From contig CADAIT010000011.1 of assembly GCA_902788095.1 (NCBI GenBank), positions 1,949 through 65,948 on the forward strand: a stretch of DNA of 64,000 nt, read 5' to 3'. This stretch comes from an uncultured Bacteroidia bacterium. Its GTDB lineage: Bacteria; Bacteroidota; Bacteroidia; Bacteroidales; UBA932. The stretch's first letter is position 1. Each line of letters opens with the position of its first letter. A program made the position numbers and the translations under genes. Of the stretch, positions 30,064-39,885 are shown piece by piece. The notes below the pieces were generated by a model, which was not told where the DNA came from, made no database searches, and saw only the letters and a list, made by a program, of their open reading frames with translations.

Positions 30064-31404
30064 ATGAATATGAAAAAACTGGGATGGAGCCTGCTGACAC
30101 TGCTGGCGCTTGCCGCCTGCAGGCAGGAAATCATTCCCGAAAGGGAAAAACCCGGTCCGGAACAGCCCGGTCCGGAACAACCGGCGGAAATCCCCAATCT
30201 GGAACCGATTGCCAAAGTGATCGTCAATACGGAAAATGGTGTGGCGGTGGACAGCAAGGACCCGGCGGATTACCGCCGTTGCACCGTTACCGTGGACTGG
30301 GGCTATGACAGCGCCATCGTCAAGGATGCCCCGGGCCAAATCCGCGGCCGCGGCAATTCCACCTGGCACTGGTATCCCAAAAAGCCGTACCGAATCAAAT
30401 TGGACGAAGCCAGCATCATGCTGGGCCTGCCCAAAAACCGGGACTGGGTGCTTCTGGCGGACTACCGTGACGTTACGCACATGATGAATGCCGCCGGCTT
30501 TTACCTGGCGCGGGAACTGGGCCTGCCGCATGCCAACAACATCCGCTATGTCAACCTTACCCTGAATGGGGAAGACATGGGCCTGTACGCCCTTACGGAG
30601 CAGGTGGAGGAAGGCGGCAACCGCGTCAAACTGGACAAGAACGAGGGCATTCTGCTGGCCCTGGACCTCAATGACGGACCCGGTGAAGCCCCCGGTGCCA
30701 CCGACAATTTCTGGAGTGAGGTATTCGAGATGGCCTGCGCCGTGAAATATCCGGACGACGCCACCAAAGCCATCTCCAAGCAGGTGAAGGCCGCATTCGC
30801 TGAGCTGGAGCAGGCTATTGAGGACGAGGACTGGGAGGAAATCCAGGAGCTGCTGGACGTGGAGTCCATGATTCACTACATCCTCATCCAGGAAATTATC
30901 GGCAATGTGGAGATGGACAACTATCCCAGCATGCGCAGCGGCTTTATCCATCGGTATAATAGTGATGCCAAATGGGTGATGGGGCCCCTGTGGGACTGCG
31001 ACGGCGGTTTCTCCTACAACTGGGGCGACATGTACGACTATTACGGCTGGGGACATACCTTCTTTGAGAATTACCGCTACCTGGTCTTTGGTTCGGATCC
31101 TTATAACCATTCCGGCGCATACGGCAGCACAGCATCGCCCTTCTTCTGCCGCCTGTTCGGCATTCCCGAGTTTGTGGAAATGCTCCAAGCCCGCTGGAAG
31201 GAAACCCACAATGCCCTGCTGGACGGCCTGCTGGACTATCTGGACCAGGTGGAGGAACTCATTGGCGAAGACGCCCAGAAGGACATGGAGCTCTGGGGCA
31301 TAGACAATTACACGCACGAGGAAGAGTATAAAAAGTTGGTTACCTGGCTGGCCAACCGCTTCAATTACCTGGACAACGTTATCCGGAAATATCCCAAGTA
31401 CTGA
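30064..31404 (+). CDS. CotH kinase-family lipoprotein
   Basis: Lipobox LAAC; RGRGNSTW..PKKPYRIKL, WVLLADYRD, GLYALTE, GPLWDCD. Confidence 0.82.
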   Translation: MNMKKLGWSLLTLLALAACRQEIIPEREKPGPEQPGPEQPAEIPNLEPIAKVIVNTENGVAVDSKDPADYRRCTVTVDWGYDSAIVKDAPGQIRGRGNSTWHWYPKKPYRIKLDEASIMLGLPKNRDWVLLADYRDVTHMMNAAGFYLARELGLPHANNIRYVNLTLNGEDMGLYALTEQVEEGGNRVKLDKNEGILLALDLNDGPGEAPGATDNFWSEVFEMACAVKYPDDATKAISKQVKAAFAELEQAIEDEDWEEIQELLDVESMIHYILIQEIIGNVEMDNYPSMRSGFIHRYNSDAKWVMGPLWDCDGGFSYNWGDMYDYYGWGHTFFENYRYLVFGSDPYNHSGAYGSTASPFFCRLFGIPEFVEMLQARWKETHNALLDGLLDYLDQVEELIGEDAQKDMELWGIDNYTHEEEYKKLVTWLANRFNYLDNVIRKYPKY

Positions 31405-32933
31405 TGAGAAAACTGTTATCCCTGTTTGCTGCACTTGCCGTTTCCCTGGTGGCCCTTTCCGGCTGCGGGGGAAGGGAGCATCCCTACACGATGGACTATA
31501 CGGTGGCTGTAGATACCGTCGGTCATTATCTTCTTGTGGACCTGGATTTGTCCATGACACCCGGATCCGGCCCCGTCACGCTGAACATGCCCCGCTGGAC
31601 GCCGGGGTATTATGAGATGCTGGATTTTCCCAAGCACCTGTGCGATTTTGCCGCGACCGATGCGGCCGGCAGCGCCTTGGAATGGGAGAAGGAAGGCATG
31701 AACCGCTGGAAGGTTACAGTCCCCGGAGACGGCAGGGTGAAAGTCAGCTACCGCATTTATGCCAACCGGAGGGATGTGGGATCCAGCCGCGTGGAAGGCG
31801 GAATCGCCTTCGTTTCCCCGGCAGGCGTTTTCATGCATGTGGACGGCGACCTGCAGCATCCGGTGCGGGTGCGTTTCCGCCTCCCGGAAGGCTGGGAGAA
31901 AATTTCTTCCGGACTGCTCCCCGTGGAGGGAACGGCAGATACTTTCCAGGCCGAGGACTTCGACCGCCTGTACGACTGCCCGTTCCTGCTGGGCAATTAC
32001 TACACAAGCGATTTCGAGCATGAAGGCCATCCCTACCATTTTGCCGTCGAAACCCCGGAGGGAATTGAAGAGAGCGGTTTCCGGGAGGATTTCTGCCGGA
32101 TTGTGAGCGCGGCTACGCGCATGATGGGAGACGTCCCCTATCACAACTATTGCCTCATCCACATGGGCGAGGGCGCCGGCGGGCTGGAACATTGGAACTC
32201 CCAGGCCTGCTACACGGACGGCACCTATCGGTTCACCGACCGGAATCATCACGTCCGTTTCCTGAGCTTTACCGCGCACGAGTATTTCCACCTGTACAAC
32301 GTGAAATGCATCCGTCCGGCGGAACTGTGGCCCTTTAACTATGATACCGAGGCGGTTACGCCCATGCTCTGGGTGAGCGAGGGACTTACCTGCTATTATG
32401 AGTTTCGGCTGCTGCTGGCTTCCGGTGTCGCCACGCCGGAGGAGGCGCTCGTCCGGCTTTCCGACTATTTCTCCCGCTATGCACCCTTCGAGGGACAGCA
32501 CCACATGAGCCTGCGCCAGAGCAGTTACGATATCTGGCTCAATTTCATGAACGAAGACGCCAACGAGCGGGACGTCCGTATCAACTATTATTTCAAGGGC
32601 CCCGTGGTGGGGCTGCTCATGGATATCGACATCCGGCGTCACACCGCACAGGCGAAGTCCCTGGACGACGTGATGCGCGGCCTCTATCAGCGCTATTACA
32701 AGGAACTGCAGCGCGGATTCACGGAAGACGAGTTCTGGCAGGAGGTGGAAAAGGCCTACGGCGGCCCCGTTCCGCATCTCCGCGCTCTTGCAAATACTAC
32801 GGAAACAATTGATTATGAGGCGTATCTCAAGGATGCCGGCCTGTACGTGGATACGGCGTCCTGGTCCATCTGCCGGGTGGAGGACCCTACGCCGGAACAG
32901 CGCGATTTCCTGGAACACTTGGATCTGATATAA
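31404..32933 (+). CDS. M61 family metallopeptidase lipoprotein (no PDZ domain evident)
   Basis: MPRWTPGYY, GGLEH, AHEYFHLYNVK.IRP, LWVSEG.T.YY, YYFKG. Confidence 0.88.
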   Translation: MRKLLSLFAALAVSLVALSGCGGREHPYTMDYTVAVDTVGHYLLVDLDLSMTPGSGPVTLNMPRWTPGYYEMLDFPKHLCDFAATDAAGSALEWEKEGMNRWKVTVPGDGRVKVSYRIYANRRDVGSSRVEGGIAFVSPAGVFMHVDGDLQHPVRVRFRLPEGWEKISSGLLPVEGTADTFQAEDFDRLYDCPFLLGNYYTSDFEHEGHPYHFAVETPEGIEESGFREDFCRIVSAATRMMGDVPYHNYCLIHMGEGAGGLEHWNSQACYTDGTYRFTDRNHHVRFLSFTAHEYFHLYNVKCIRPAELWPFNYDTEAVTPMLWVSEGLTCYYEFRLLLASGVATPEEALVRLSDYFSRYAPFEGQHHMSLRQSSYDIWLNFMNEDANERDVRINYYFKGPVVGLLMDIDIRRHTAQAKSLDDVMRGLYQRYYKELQRGFTEDEFWQEVEKAYGGPVPHLRALANTTETIDYEAYLKDAGLYVDTASWSICRVEDPTPEQRDFLEHLDLI

Positions 32934-32943
32934 GTTTAACCCT

Positions 32944-34179
32944 ATGCGTATGAAACTGATAACCAAACACATCCTGACGGCAACAGTTCTTTTGCTGTGC
33001 TGTACGGGCTTGTTCGCACAAGACAAGCCGCAACCCCTTTCCGATTCCCTGTACCGGAGCCTCGCCGCCACCCCGCCCATGGGATGGAACAGCTGGAACA
33101 AATTCGGCTGCAACGTGAGCGAGCAGCTCATCCGGGACATGGCCGATGCCATGGCCGCTTCCGGCATGGCCGACGCCGGCTACCAGTACATCGTCATCGA
33201 TGACTGCTGGCAGGTGAGCCGCGACGCGGACGGCAACATTGTCCCCGACCCGGAGCGTTTCCCTTCCGGCATGAAGGCGCTGGCGGACTACATCCACAGC
33301 CTGGGCCTCAAGTTCGGCGTGTATTCCTGCGCCGGTTCCCTTACCTGCCAGGCGCGTCCGGGCAGCAAGGGTCACCAGTTCCAGGATGCCCTGCAGTATG
33401 CCAAGTGGGGCGTGGATTACCTGAAGTACGACTGGTGCTACAGCGACGGTCAGAACGCCAAGGCCGCCTACCAGACCATGTCGGAGGCCATCAAGGCCGC
33501 CGGCCGTCCCATCGTCCTCAGCATTTGCGAGTGGGGTGAAAACAAGCCATGGGAATGGGGCGAGGGAATCGGCCACCTGTGGCGCGTGACGCCGGACATC
33601 CGTGCCTGCTACGACTGCAGCTTCGACTGGGGCGGCGTGGGCGTGCTCCAGTGCATCGACGCCGCGGCGGACTTGTACCCGTATGCCGGTCCCGGCCATT
33701 GGAACGACATGGAAATGCTGGAAGTGGGCAACGGTGAACTCACCTACGACGAAAACGTCACCCATTTCTCCATGTGGTGCATGATGGCCGCCCCGCTGAT
33801 GAGCGGAAACGACCTCCGCGAAATGGACCACAAGACGCGCGAAATCCTCACCAACCGGGAGGTGATTGCCGTGAACCAGGACCCGATGGGGCAGCAGGGC
33901 ATCCGCTTCATGAAGATGGGTGACCAGGAAATCTGGGCCAAGCCCCTCGCGGGCGGCGAAATTGCCGTGTGCTTCATGAACCGCAGCGCGCAGCCCTGGA
34001 AACTGGACTACAACTGGACGGCACAGACCATGTACTTTGCCAGGGAAGTGAACCTCAGGAAAAATACCTACACGGTGCGCGACCTCTGGAAACACAAGGA
34101 CATCGGTACCACCAAAGACCGCCTGAAAGCGGAAATCCCCGGACACGGCGTGCTGATGGTTCGTCTCAAGAAAATCTGA
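32944..34179 (+). CDS. GH27 alpha-galactosidase (or beta-L-arabinopyranosidase)
   Basis: TPPMGWNSWN, IDDCWQ, YLKYDWC, WRVTPDI, GHWNDMEMLEVGN. Confidence 0.94.
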   Translation: MRMKLITKHILTATVLLLCCTGLFAQDKPQPLSDSLYRSLAATPPMGWNSWNKFGCNVSEQLIRDMADAMAASGMADAGYQYIVIDDCWQVSRDADGNIVPDPERFPSGMKALADYIHSLGLKFGVYSCAGSLTCQARPGSKGHQFQDALQYAKWGVDYLKYDWCYSDGQNAKAAYQTMSEAIKAAGRPIVLSICEWGENKPWEWGEGIGHLWRVTPDIRACYDCSFDWGGVGVLQCIDAAADLYPYAGPGHWNDMEMLEVGNGELTYDENVTHFSMWCMMAAPLMSGNDLREMDHKTREILTNREVIAVNQDPMGQQGIRFMKMGDQEIWAKPLAGGEIAVCFMNRSAQPWKLDYNWTAQTMYFAREVNLRKNTYTVRDLWKHKDIGTTKDRLKAEIPGHGVLMVRLKKI

Positions 34180-34186
34180 CCACATT

Positions 34187-36229
34187 ATGAAAAAGACACT
34201 CATCGCCCTCTTTGCAGGGCTGCTGACCCTTGCGGCGCAAGGGCAGGGCTTCGATGCCGCCTACACCAAGACGGAGCCGGTTCTCCGCTGGGGTGAAAAA
34301 ATGTACAACGGCGCTGTCCGTCCCATTTGGACGGGGGAGGAGAGCTTTGTGTTCCAGACGCGGGAACCCGCCGGCGAGGCCTGGTACCGCGTGGACGGTA
34401 CGCAGAAAACGCCCATCGCCGAAGATGTCTATAAGGAAGCGCTCAAAAACCGCCGCCAGGGCTGGTACGACCCCTCCGACGAGAGCCAATACGCGGTGAA
34501 GAAGGAGATAAAAGAACTGTCTCCGGACAGCAGCTGCGTGGCCTACATCCGCGACAACAACGTATGGGTGAGCCAGGCCGACGGCTCCGGTGCGGTGCAG
34601 CTGAGCTTCGACGGTACCGACGGCAATGCCTACAGCGAGCTCCGCTGGTCACCGGACGGCGTCCGGCTGGCGGCGCTGAAAAAGGAAGTGCTCAAGGAAC
34701 GCCAGATACTGCTGCGGACCTCGCGTCCGGACGACCAGGTGCAGCCGCGTTACCGCTGGCTGGATTATGCCAAGCCCGGTGACCGCCTGCCCCAGAGCAC
34801 GCCCGCCCTCTTCGACATGGAAAAACAGGTCCAGATTCCCTTGGACCGGAGTATCCCGCAGGACCAGTATTTCCTGGTGCTGGGGCAGTGGTCGGAGGAC
34901 AGCCGCTTCTTCACTTTCGAATACAACCAGCGCGGCCACCAGCTGTATGAACTCTGCGCCGTGGACGCCGCTACCGGCAATGTCCGCACCCTGGCCAAGG
35001 AGCAGACGGATACCTTTGTTTACTATTATGACCTCTGGCGCTACCTGTTCCGTGACGGCAAGCGGCTCCTTTGGATTTCCGAGCGCGACAACTGGCGCCA
35101 CCTCTACATGATAGACACGCAAAGCGGACGGGCGCGGCAGCTCACCAAAGGGGAGTGGAACGTGCGCGAAATCCACCGCGTGGACGAGGAGGGCGGCTAT
35201 GTGCTGGCCAACGCCAACGGACTGGGTGCCGCGAAGGGGGAGGACCCGTACAACAAGCATGTCATCCGGATAGACCTGGCTTCGGGAAAGGTGACGGACC
35301 TTACGCCGGAAGCCGCCCATCACGATGTCTCTTTCAATGAGGCGGGAACGCGCTTTGTGGACAATTATTCCCGCCCGGACCTGCCTTACACCAGCGTGCT
35401 GCGCAGCGCCAAGGACGGCAGCGTACTCATGGTAATCCAGAAGGAAGACATTTCGGCCCTCCTGAAAGAAGGCTTTACCATGCCGGAAGTGTTCGTGGCC
35501 AAGGGCCGTGACGGCGTTACGGACATCTGGGGCACCATCTGGCGCCCGGCGCACTTCAAGCCCGGCAAGAAATATCCTGTCGTGGAATACATCTACGCCG
35601 GCCCGCACGACTCCCATGTGGACAAGAACTTCATGGGCTATCCGCCGCGTTTCCTGCGCCTGGCTCAGCTGGGCTTCATTGTGGTGTGCATAGACGGCAT
35701 GGGTACCGACAACCGTTCCAAGAGCTTCCAGGACGTCGCCTGGCGCAACCTCAAGGACGCCGGCTTCCCGGACCGTATCCTGTGGATGAAGGCCGCCGCT
35801 GCCAAGTACAAATACATGGACCTGTCCAAGGTGGGCATTTACGGCTATTCCGCCGGCGGCCAGAACACCCTGGCGGCCCTGCTGTTCCATCCGGAGTTCT
35901 ACAAGGTGGGCGTGGCCCTCTGCGGCTGCCACGACAACCGCATGGACAAAATCTGGTGGAACGAGCAGTGGATGGGCTATCCTGTAGGCCCCTGGTACGG
36001 GGAAAACTCCAACGTGGACAACGCCCACCTGCTGGAAGGTAAACTCCTTATAATCAACGGCGAGATTGACGACAACGTAGATCCGGCCTCCTCGCTGCAG
36101 GTGGTGGCGGAACTGGTCAAGCACAACAAGGACTTCGAACAGCTCTACCTGCCGGGCTTCACGCACAATCTGGGCAGCGACTGGATTACCCGCCGGGTGT
36201 ACGAGTTTTTCTATAGGAACTGCCGATAA
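34187..36229 (+). CDS. S9 family dipeptidyl-peptidase IV-like serine peptidase
   Basis: DPPIV N-terminal propeller; YAGP; nucleophile GYSAGG; DDNV Asp; FTHN His. Confidence 0.9.
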   Translation: MKKTLIALFAGLLTLAAQGQGFDAAYTKTEPVLRWGEKMYNGAVRPIWTGEESFVFQTREPAGEAWYRVDGTQKTPIAEDVYKEALKNRRQGWYDPSDESQYAVKKEIKELSPDSSCVAYIRDNNVWVSQADGSGAVQLSFDGTDGNAYSELRWSPDGVRLAALKKEVLKERQILLRTSRPDDQVQPRYRWLDYAKPGDRLPQSTPALFDMEKQVQIPLDRSIPQDQYFLVLGQWSEDSRFFTFEYNQRGHQLYELCAVDAATGNVRTLAKEQTDTFVYYYDLWRYLFRDGKRLLWISERDNWRHLYMIDTQSGRARQLTKGEWNVREIHRVDEEGGYVLANANGLGAAKGEDPYNKHVIRIDLASGKVTDLTPEAAHHDVSFNEAGTRFVDNYSRPDLPYTSVLRSAKDGSVLMVIQKEDISALLKEGFTMPEVFVAKGRDGVTDIWGTIWRPAHFKPGKKYPVVEYIYAGPHDSHVDKNFMGYPPRFLRLAQLGFIVVCIDGMGTDNRSKSFQDVAWRNLKDAGFPDRILWMKAAAAKYKYMDLSKVGIYGYSAGGQNTLAALLFHPEFYKVGVALCGCHDNRMDKIWWNEQWMGYPVGPWYGENSNVDNAHLLEGKLLIINGEIDDNVDPASSLQVVAELVKHNKDFEQLYLPGFTHNLGSDWITRRVYEFFYRNCR

Positions 36230-36237
36230 AGTCCATT

Positions 36238-36303
36238 TTGGACTGATTTGCTATTTGTTTGTAGGATTTTTACAATCCTTCGACGGGATATTCTGCAATT
36301 TTG
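36238..36303 (+). promoter_or_regulatory. susC-B promoter (degenerate -7 CAATTTTG) with operator TTGGAC-N15-TTGTAG
   Basis: Hexamers at 36238-36243 and 36259-36264; 31 nt to the box at 36296. Confidence 0.55.
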
Positions 36304-36376
36304 TATTGCGAAAGCCGAGATATTAAATTTATTTAATATAATCTACTAACCAATTATTAACTAACCCAAAAACAGT

Positions 36377-39300
36377 ATGAAAAAATTCTTTCAAATCTGT
36401 GTTTCCCTTTTCCTGTTCTCGCTGTCCATCCCCGCGATGGCGCAGGTGACGGTCAAGGGAACGGTCACCGACGCCACGGGCCAGCCCGTGATTGCCGCCG
36501 GTGTCGTTGAGTCGGGGACTTCAAACGGCGTCATCACGGACGTCGATGGTGCTTACACCATCACCGTGAAAGGCCCTCAGGCGGTCCTCGAATTCTCTTG
36601 CATCGGTTACGAAACCCAACAAATCGCCGTGGGGGGGGGTAAGGTAATCGATGTAGTCCTCGAAGAGGCCCTCTCCTTCCTGCAGGAAGCCGTGGCCATC
36701 GGCTACGGTACGCAGAAAAAGGCCGACATCACCTCCTCCGTCCAGAGCGTAAAATCGGACGACTTCATCCAAGGTTCCGTCCTGGATGCCGGTCAGCTCA
36801 TTCAGGGTAAAGTGGCCGGTCTGCAAATCACCATTTCTTCCGGTGACCCCACCTCTTCATCTTCCGTGATGCTGCGTGGTACCTCTTCCCTGTACGGTTC
36901 CAATGCCCCGCTCATCCTCATTGACGGTATTCCCGGCAACCTGAGCACCGTGGCTCCGGAAGACATCGAGAGCATCGACGTCCTGAAGGATGGTTCCGCC
37001 ACCGCCATCTACGGTACCCGCGGTACCAACGGCGTTATCATCATCACCACCCGCAGCGCCAAGCGTGAGATGCGTGCCACGGTGGAATACAGTGGTTACG
37101 TAACCGCTTCCACCTGGCTCAAGCGCCCCGACTTCATGACGGCCGACGACGTGCTGGCCCGCCGTGCGGAAGGCTGGAGCTTCCAGGGCGCCAACGGTCT
37201 CCTGGCCAATGAAACCAAGACCGACTGGCTCAGTGAAATCAGCCGCACAGCCATTTCCCACAACCATAACGTGTCCATCCGTGGCGGTGGTGCCCACACC
37301 ATCTATACGGCCAACATTACGTATAACAACAACCAGGGTACCATCAAGAACACCGGCCGCAGCGACATCCGCGCCCGCGCCATGGTGGCCCAGTATCTCC
37401 TGGACGACAAGATCAAGCTCTCCGCTGAAGTCCTCGCCAACGAGACCAACCGCGACTCCCGCTTCAACGCCGCTTACGCCTATCGGCAGGCTTGCATCCA
37501 GGGACCTCTCCAGCCCATCTACAATGAGGACGGCAGCTATGTCACCCGTGACATCTACCTCTATGCCAACCCCATGACCTACATCAACGAGCAGCTGGGC
37601 ATGTACCGCAACCGCAACGTCCGTTTCACCGGTACGGCCGAATACAAGCCCATCGACGTCCTTAACCTCAAGCTCATGTATGTCCGCAAGGGACAGAGCG
37701 CCATCGGCGGTTACTACAACACCCGTCTGGACGAAAGCACCACCAAGAGCGGACGTAACGGCCAGGCCGGCCGCAACGCCTCCGACTACACCTCCAACAT
37801 GTTGGAAGCGAGCATCAACTACGTGCAGGACTTTGGCAATCACCATGTCACCGCCGTGGCCGGTTATTCCTACGAAGACGGCTTCAGCGAGAGCTTCGAT
37901 GCTTCCAACTGGAACTTCCCGAACGACGGCTATCTCTGGAACGCTCTCGAGAAGGGTAACGGCCTCAAGGACGGTACCGCCAGCATGAGCTCATACGCCA
38001 GCATGTCCAAGCTTATCGGCCTCTTTGCCCGTGCCACTTACAACTATGGCGACCGCTACCTCCTCATGGCTTCCCTCCGTGTGGACGGTTCCTCCAAGTT
38101 CGGTTCCAATTATAAGTGGGGTTACTTCCCCGGCGTTTCCGTCGGTTGGCGTATCAACAACGAGGAATTCCTGAAGGACGCCAAGTGGCTCAACAACCTC
38201 AAGCTCCGCGCCGGTTTCGGTATCACCGGTATCGACGTGAACAGCCCTTACCAGTCCCTCGCTTCCATTGACTACGCCGGTAACTACATGTATAACGGCG
38301 TGTGGATTCAGCCCATCATCCCTACGCGTAACGCCAACACCGACCTCCGTTGGGAAAAGAAGCTGGAGTACAACATCGGTTTGGACTTCGCCGTGCTGGA
38401 CGAGCGGCTGAGCGGTAGCATCGACTTCTATCGCCGCGACACCAAGGACGGTCTGTTCTACTATTCCGTTCCTACGCCTCCGTACACGTACGGTACCATC
38501 ATGGCCAACGTGGCCCAGATCCGCAACCAGGGTGTTGAAATTCTCCTGAATGCCGTGCCCGTGCGCACCCGCGACTTCGAGTGGAACACCCAGTTCACCT
38601 TCTCCAAGAACGCCAACCAGCTGGTCTCCATCTCCAACGACCAGTTCCAGAGCGAAAACGACTACTTCGACGAAGGTTACACCGGAGAGCCTATCCAGAA
38701 GACCACCCACCAGGTGAAGGTGGGCCAGCCTATCGGCAACTTCTTCAACCTCCGTTCCGTCGGTCTTGACGCCGGCGGCAAGTGGGTCGTGGAGCGTCTC
38801 CGCCGCGACGAAGAAGGCAACGTGGTGAGCAAGTACTACGGCCTGGCTTCCGACGCCGGTTACACCGACTGGCAGATTCTCGGCAACGGTGTTCCGGACA
38901 TCTTCGTCAACTTCAACAATACCCTCCGTTACAAAGGCTTCGACCTCAATGTAACCATGCGCGGCGCCTTCGGTTTCCAGATTCTGAACTTCCAGAAGAT
39001 GTTCTATGGCAACCCCACCATCCTGTACAATACGCTCAACTGCGCTTTCGACCAGTTTGACGTGGTGGACGCCCGTACCGGCGTAAAGACCGGCGAAAAA
39101 GTCCAACTGGCCGACACCCAGCGTATCGTCAGCTACTACATCGAAGACGGTGACTACTGGAAGATTGACAACCTGACCCTGGGTTACACCCACAACTTCA
39201 AGAACAGCAACTTCCTGAACAAGATTCGTGTTTACGCTTCCATCCACAACCTGGCAACCATCACCGGTTACACCGGCCTGGATCCCGAGGTGCGCATCAC

Positions 39301-39868
39301 CGGTTTCGACGCCGGTACCGACGAGCGTGACAAGTATCCTACCATCCGCACCTACACCTTCGGCGTGAACCTCACCTTCGGAATCGGCAAGGGCAAACGT
39401 ACCACCACCGCTCCCGTTCCCAATCACGTAACTCCTTACGTGCCCGAGAAAGTGGTCGAAAAGATTGTGGAGAAGGAAGTAGTCAAGGAAGTCCCCGTGG
39501 AGGTAATCAAAGAAGTGGTCAAGGAAGTTCCCGCCTCTACCTTGAAGGGCAGCTATGAGGATGACCTCATGTTCATCATCGGCAAGTCCGAAATCCGTCC
39601 CGACGAGGCCTTCAAGCTTGGCCAGATTGCCCGGATTCTGAAAGACAACCCGGAAGCCACCGTGAGCATCTCCGGCTATGCCGATTCTTCCACCGGTACT
39701 GCGGAAATCAACGAAAGCCTCGCCAAGCAGCGTGCCGCCACCGTGGCCGAAATGCTCAGGAAGGCAGGTGTTGACGCCGGCAGAATTACCGTCTCCTCCA
39801 CCGGCTCCGACAAGGATGCCTCCGCTTCGCCCGAGGCCAACCGCGTAGCTGTTTGTATTGTAAAATAA
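36377..39868 (+). CDS. susC: SusC/RagA TonB-dependent transporter fused to a C-terminal OmpA-like domain (module B)
   Basis: VLKDGSATAIYGTRGTNGVIIITT; barrel end YPTIRTYTFGVNLTF followed in frame by a VEK/VKE-rich linker and GYADSSTG...N..LA.QRA; in-frame G9 at 36631-36639. Confidence 0.92.
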   Translation: MKKFFQICVSLFLFSLSIPAMAQVTVKGTVTDATGQPVIAAGVVESGTSNGVITDVDGAYTITVKGPQAVLEFSCIGYETQQIAVGGGKVIDVVLEEALSFLQEAVAIGYGTQKKADITSSVQSVKSDDFIQGSVLDAGQLIQGKVAGLQITISSGDPTSSSSVMLRGTSSLYGSNAPLILIDGIPGNLSTVAPEDIESIDVLKDGSATAIYGTRGTNGVIIITTRSAKREMRATVEYSGYVTASTWLKRPDFMTADDVLARRAEGWSFQGANGLLANETKTDWLSEISRTAISHNHNVSIRGGGAHTIYTANITYNNNQGTIKNTGRSDIRARAMVAQYLLDDKIKLSAEVLANETNRDSRFNAAYAYRQACIQGPLQPIYNEDGSYVTRDIYLYANPMTYINEQLGMYRNRNVRFTGTAEYKPIDVLNLKLMYVRKGQSAIGGYYNTRLDESTTKSGRNGQAGRNASDYTSNMLEASINYVQDFGNHHVTAVAGYSYEDGFSESFDASNWNFPNDGYLWNALEKGNGLKDGTASMSSYASMSKLIGLFARATYNYGDRYLLMASLRVDGSSKFGSNYKWGYFPGVSVGWRINNEEFLKDAKWLNNLKLRAGFGITGIDVNSPYQSLASIDYAGNYMYNGVWIQPIIPTRNANTDLRWEKKLEYNIGLDFAVLDERLSGSIDFYRRDTKDGLFYYSVPTPPYTYGTIMANVAQIRNQGVEILLNAVPVRTRDFEWNTQFTFSKNANQLVSISNDQFQSENDYFDEGYTGEPIQKTTHQVKVGQPIGNFFNLRSVGLDAGGKWVVERLRRDEEGNVVSKYYGLASDAGYTDWQILGNGVPDIFVNFNNTLRYKGFDLNVTMRGAFGFQILNFQKMFYGNPTILYNTLNCAFDQFDVVDARTGVKTGEKVQLADTQRIVSYYIEDGDYWKIDNLTLGYTHNFKNSNFLNKIRVYASIHNLATITGYTGLDPEVRITGFDAGTDERDKYPTIRTYTFGVNLTFGIGKGKRTTTAPVPNHVTPYVPEKVVEKIVEKEVVKEVPVEVIKEVVKEVPASTLKGSYEDDLMFIIGKSEIRPDEAFKLGQIARILKDNPEATVSISGYADSSTGTAEINESLAKQRAATVAEMLRKAGVDAGRITVSSTGSDKDASASPEANRVAVCIVK

Positions 39869-39885
39869 ATTGAGCGTTAAGAATT

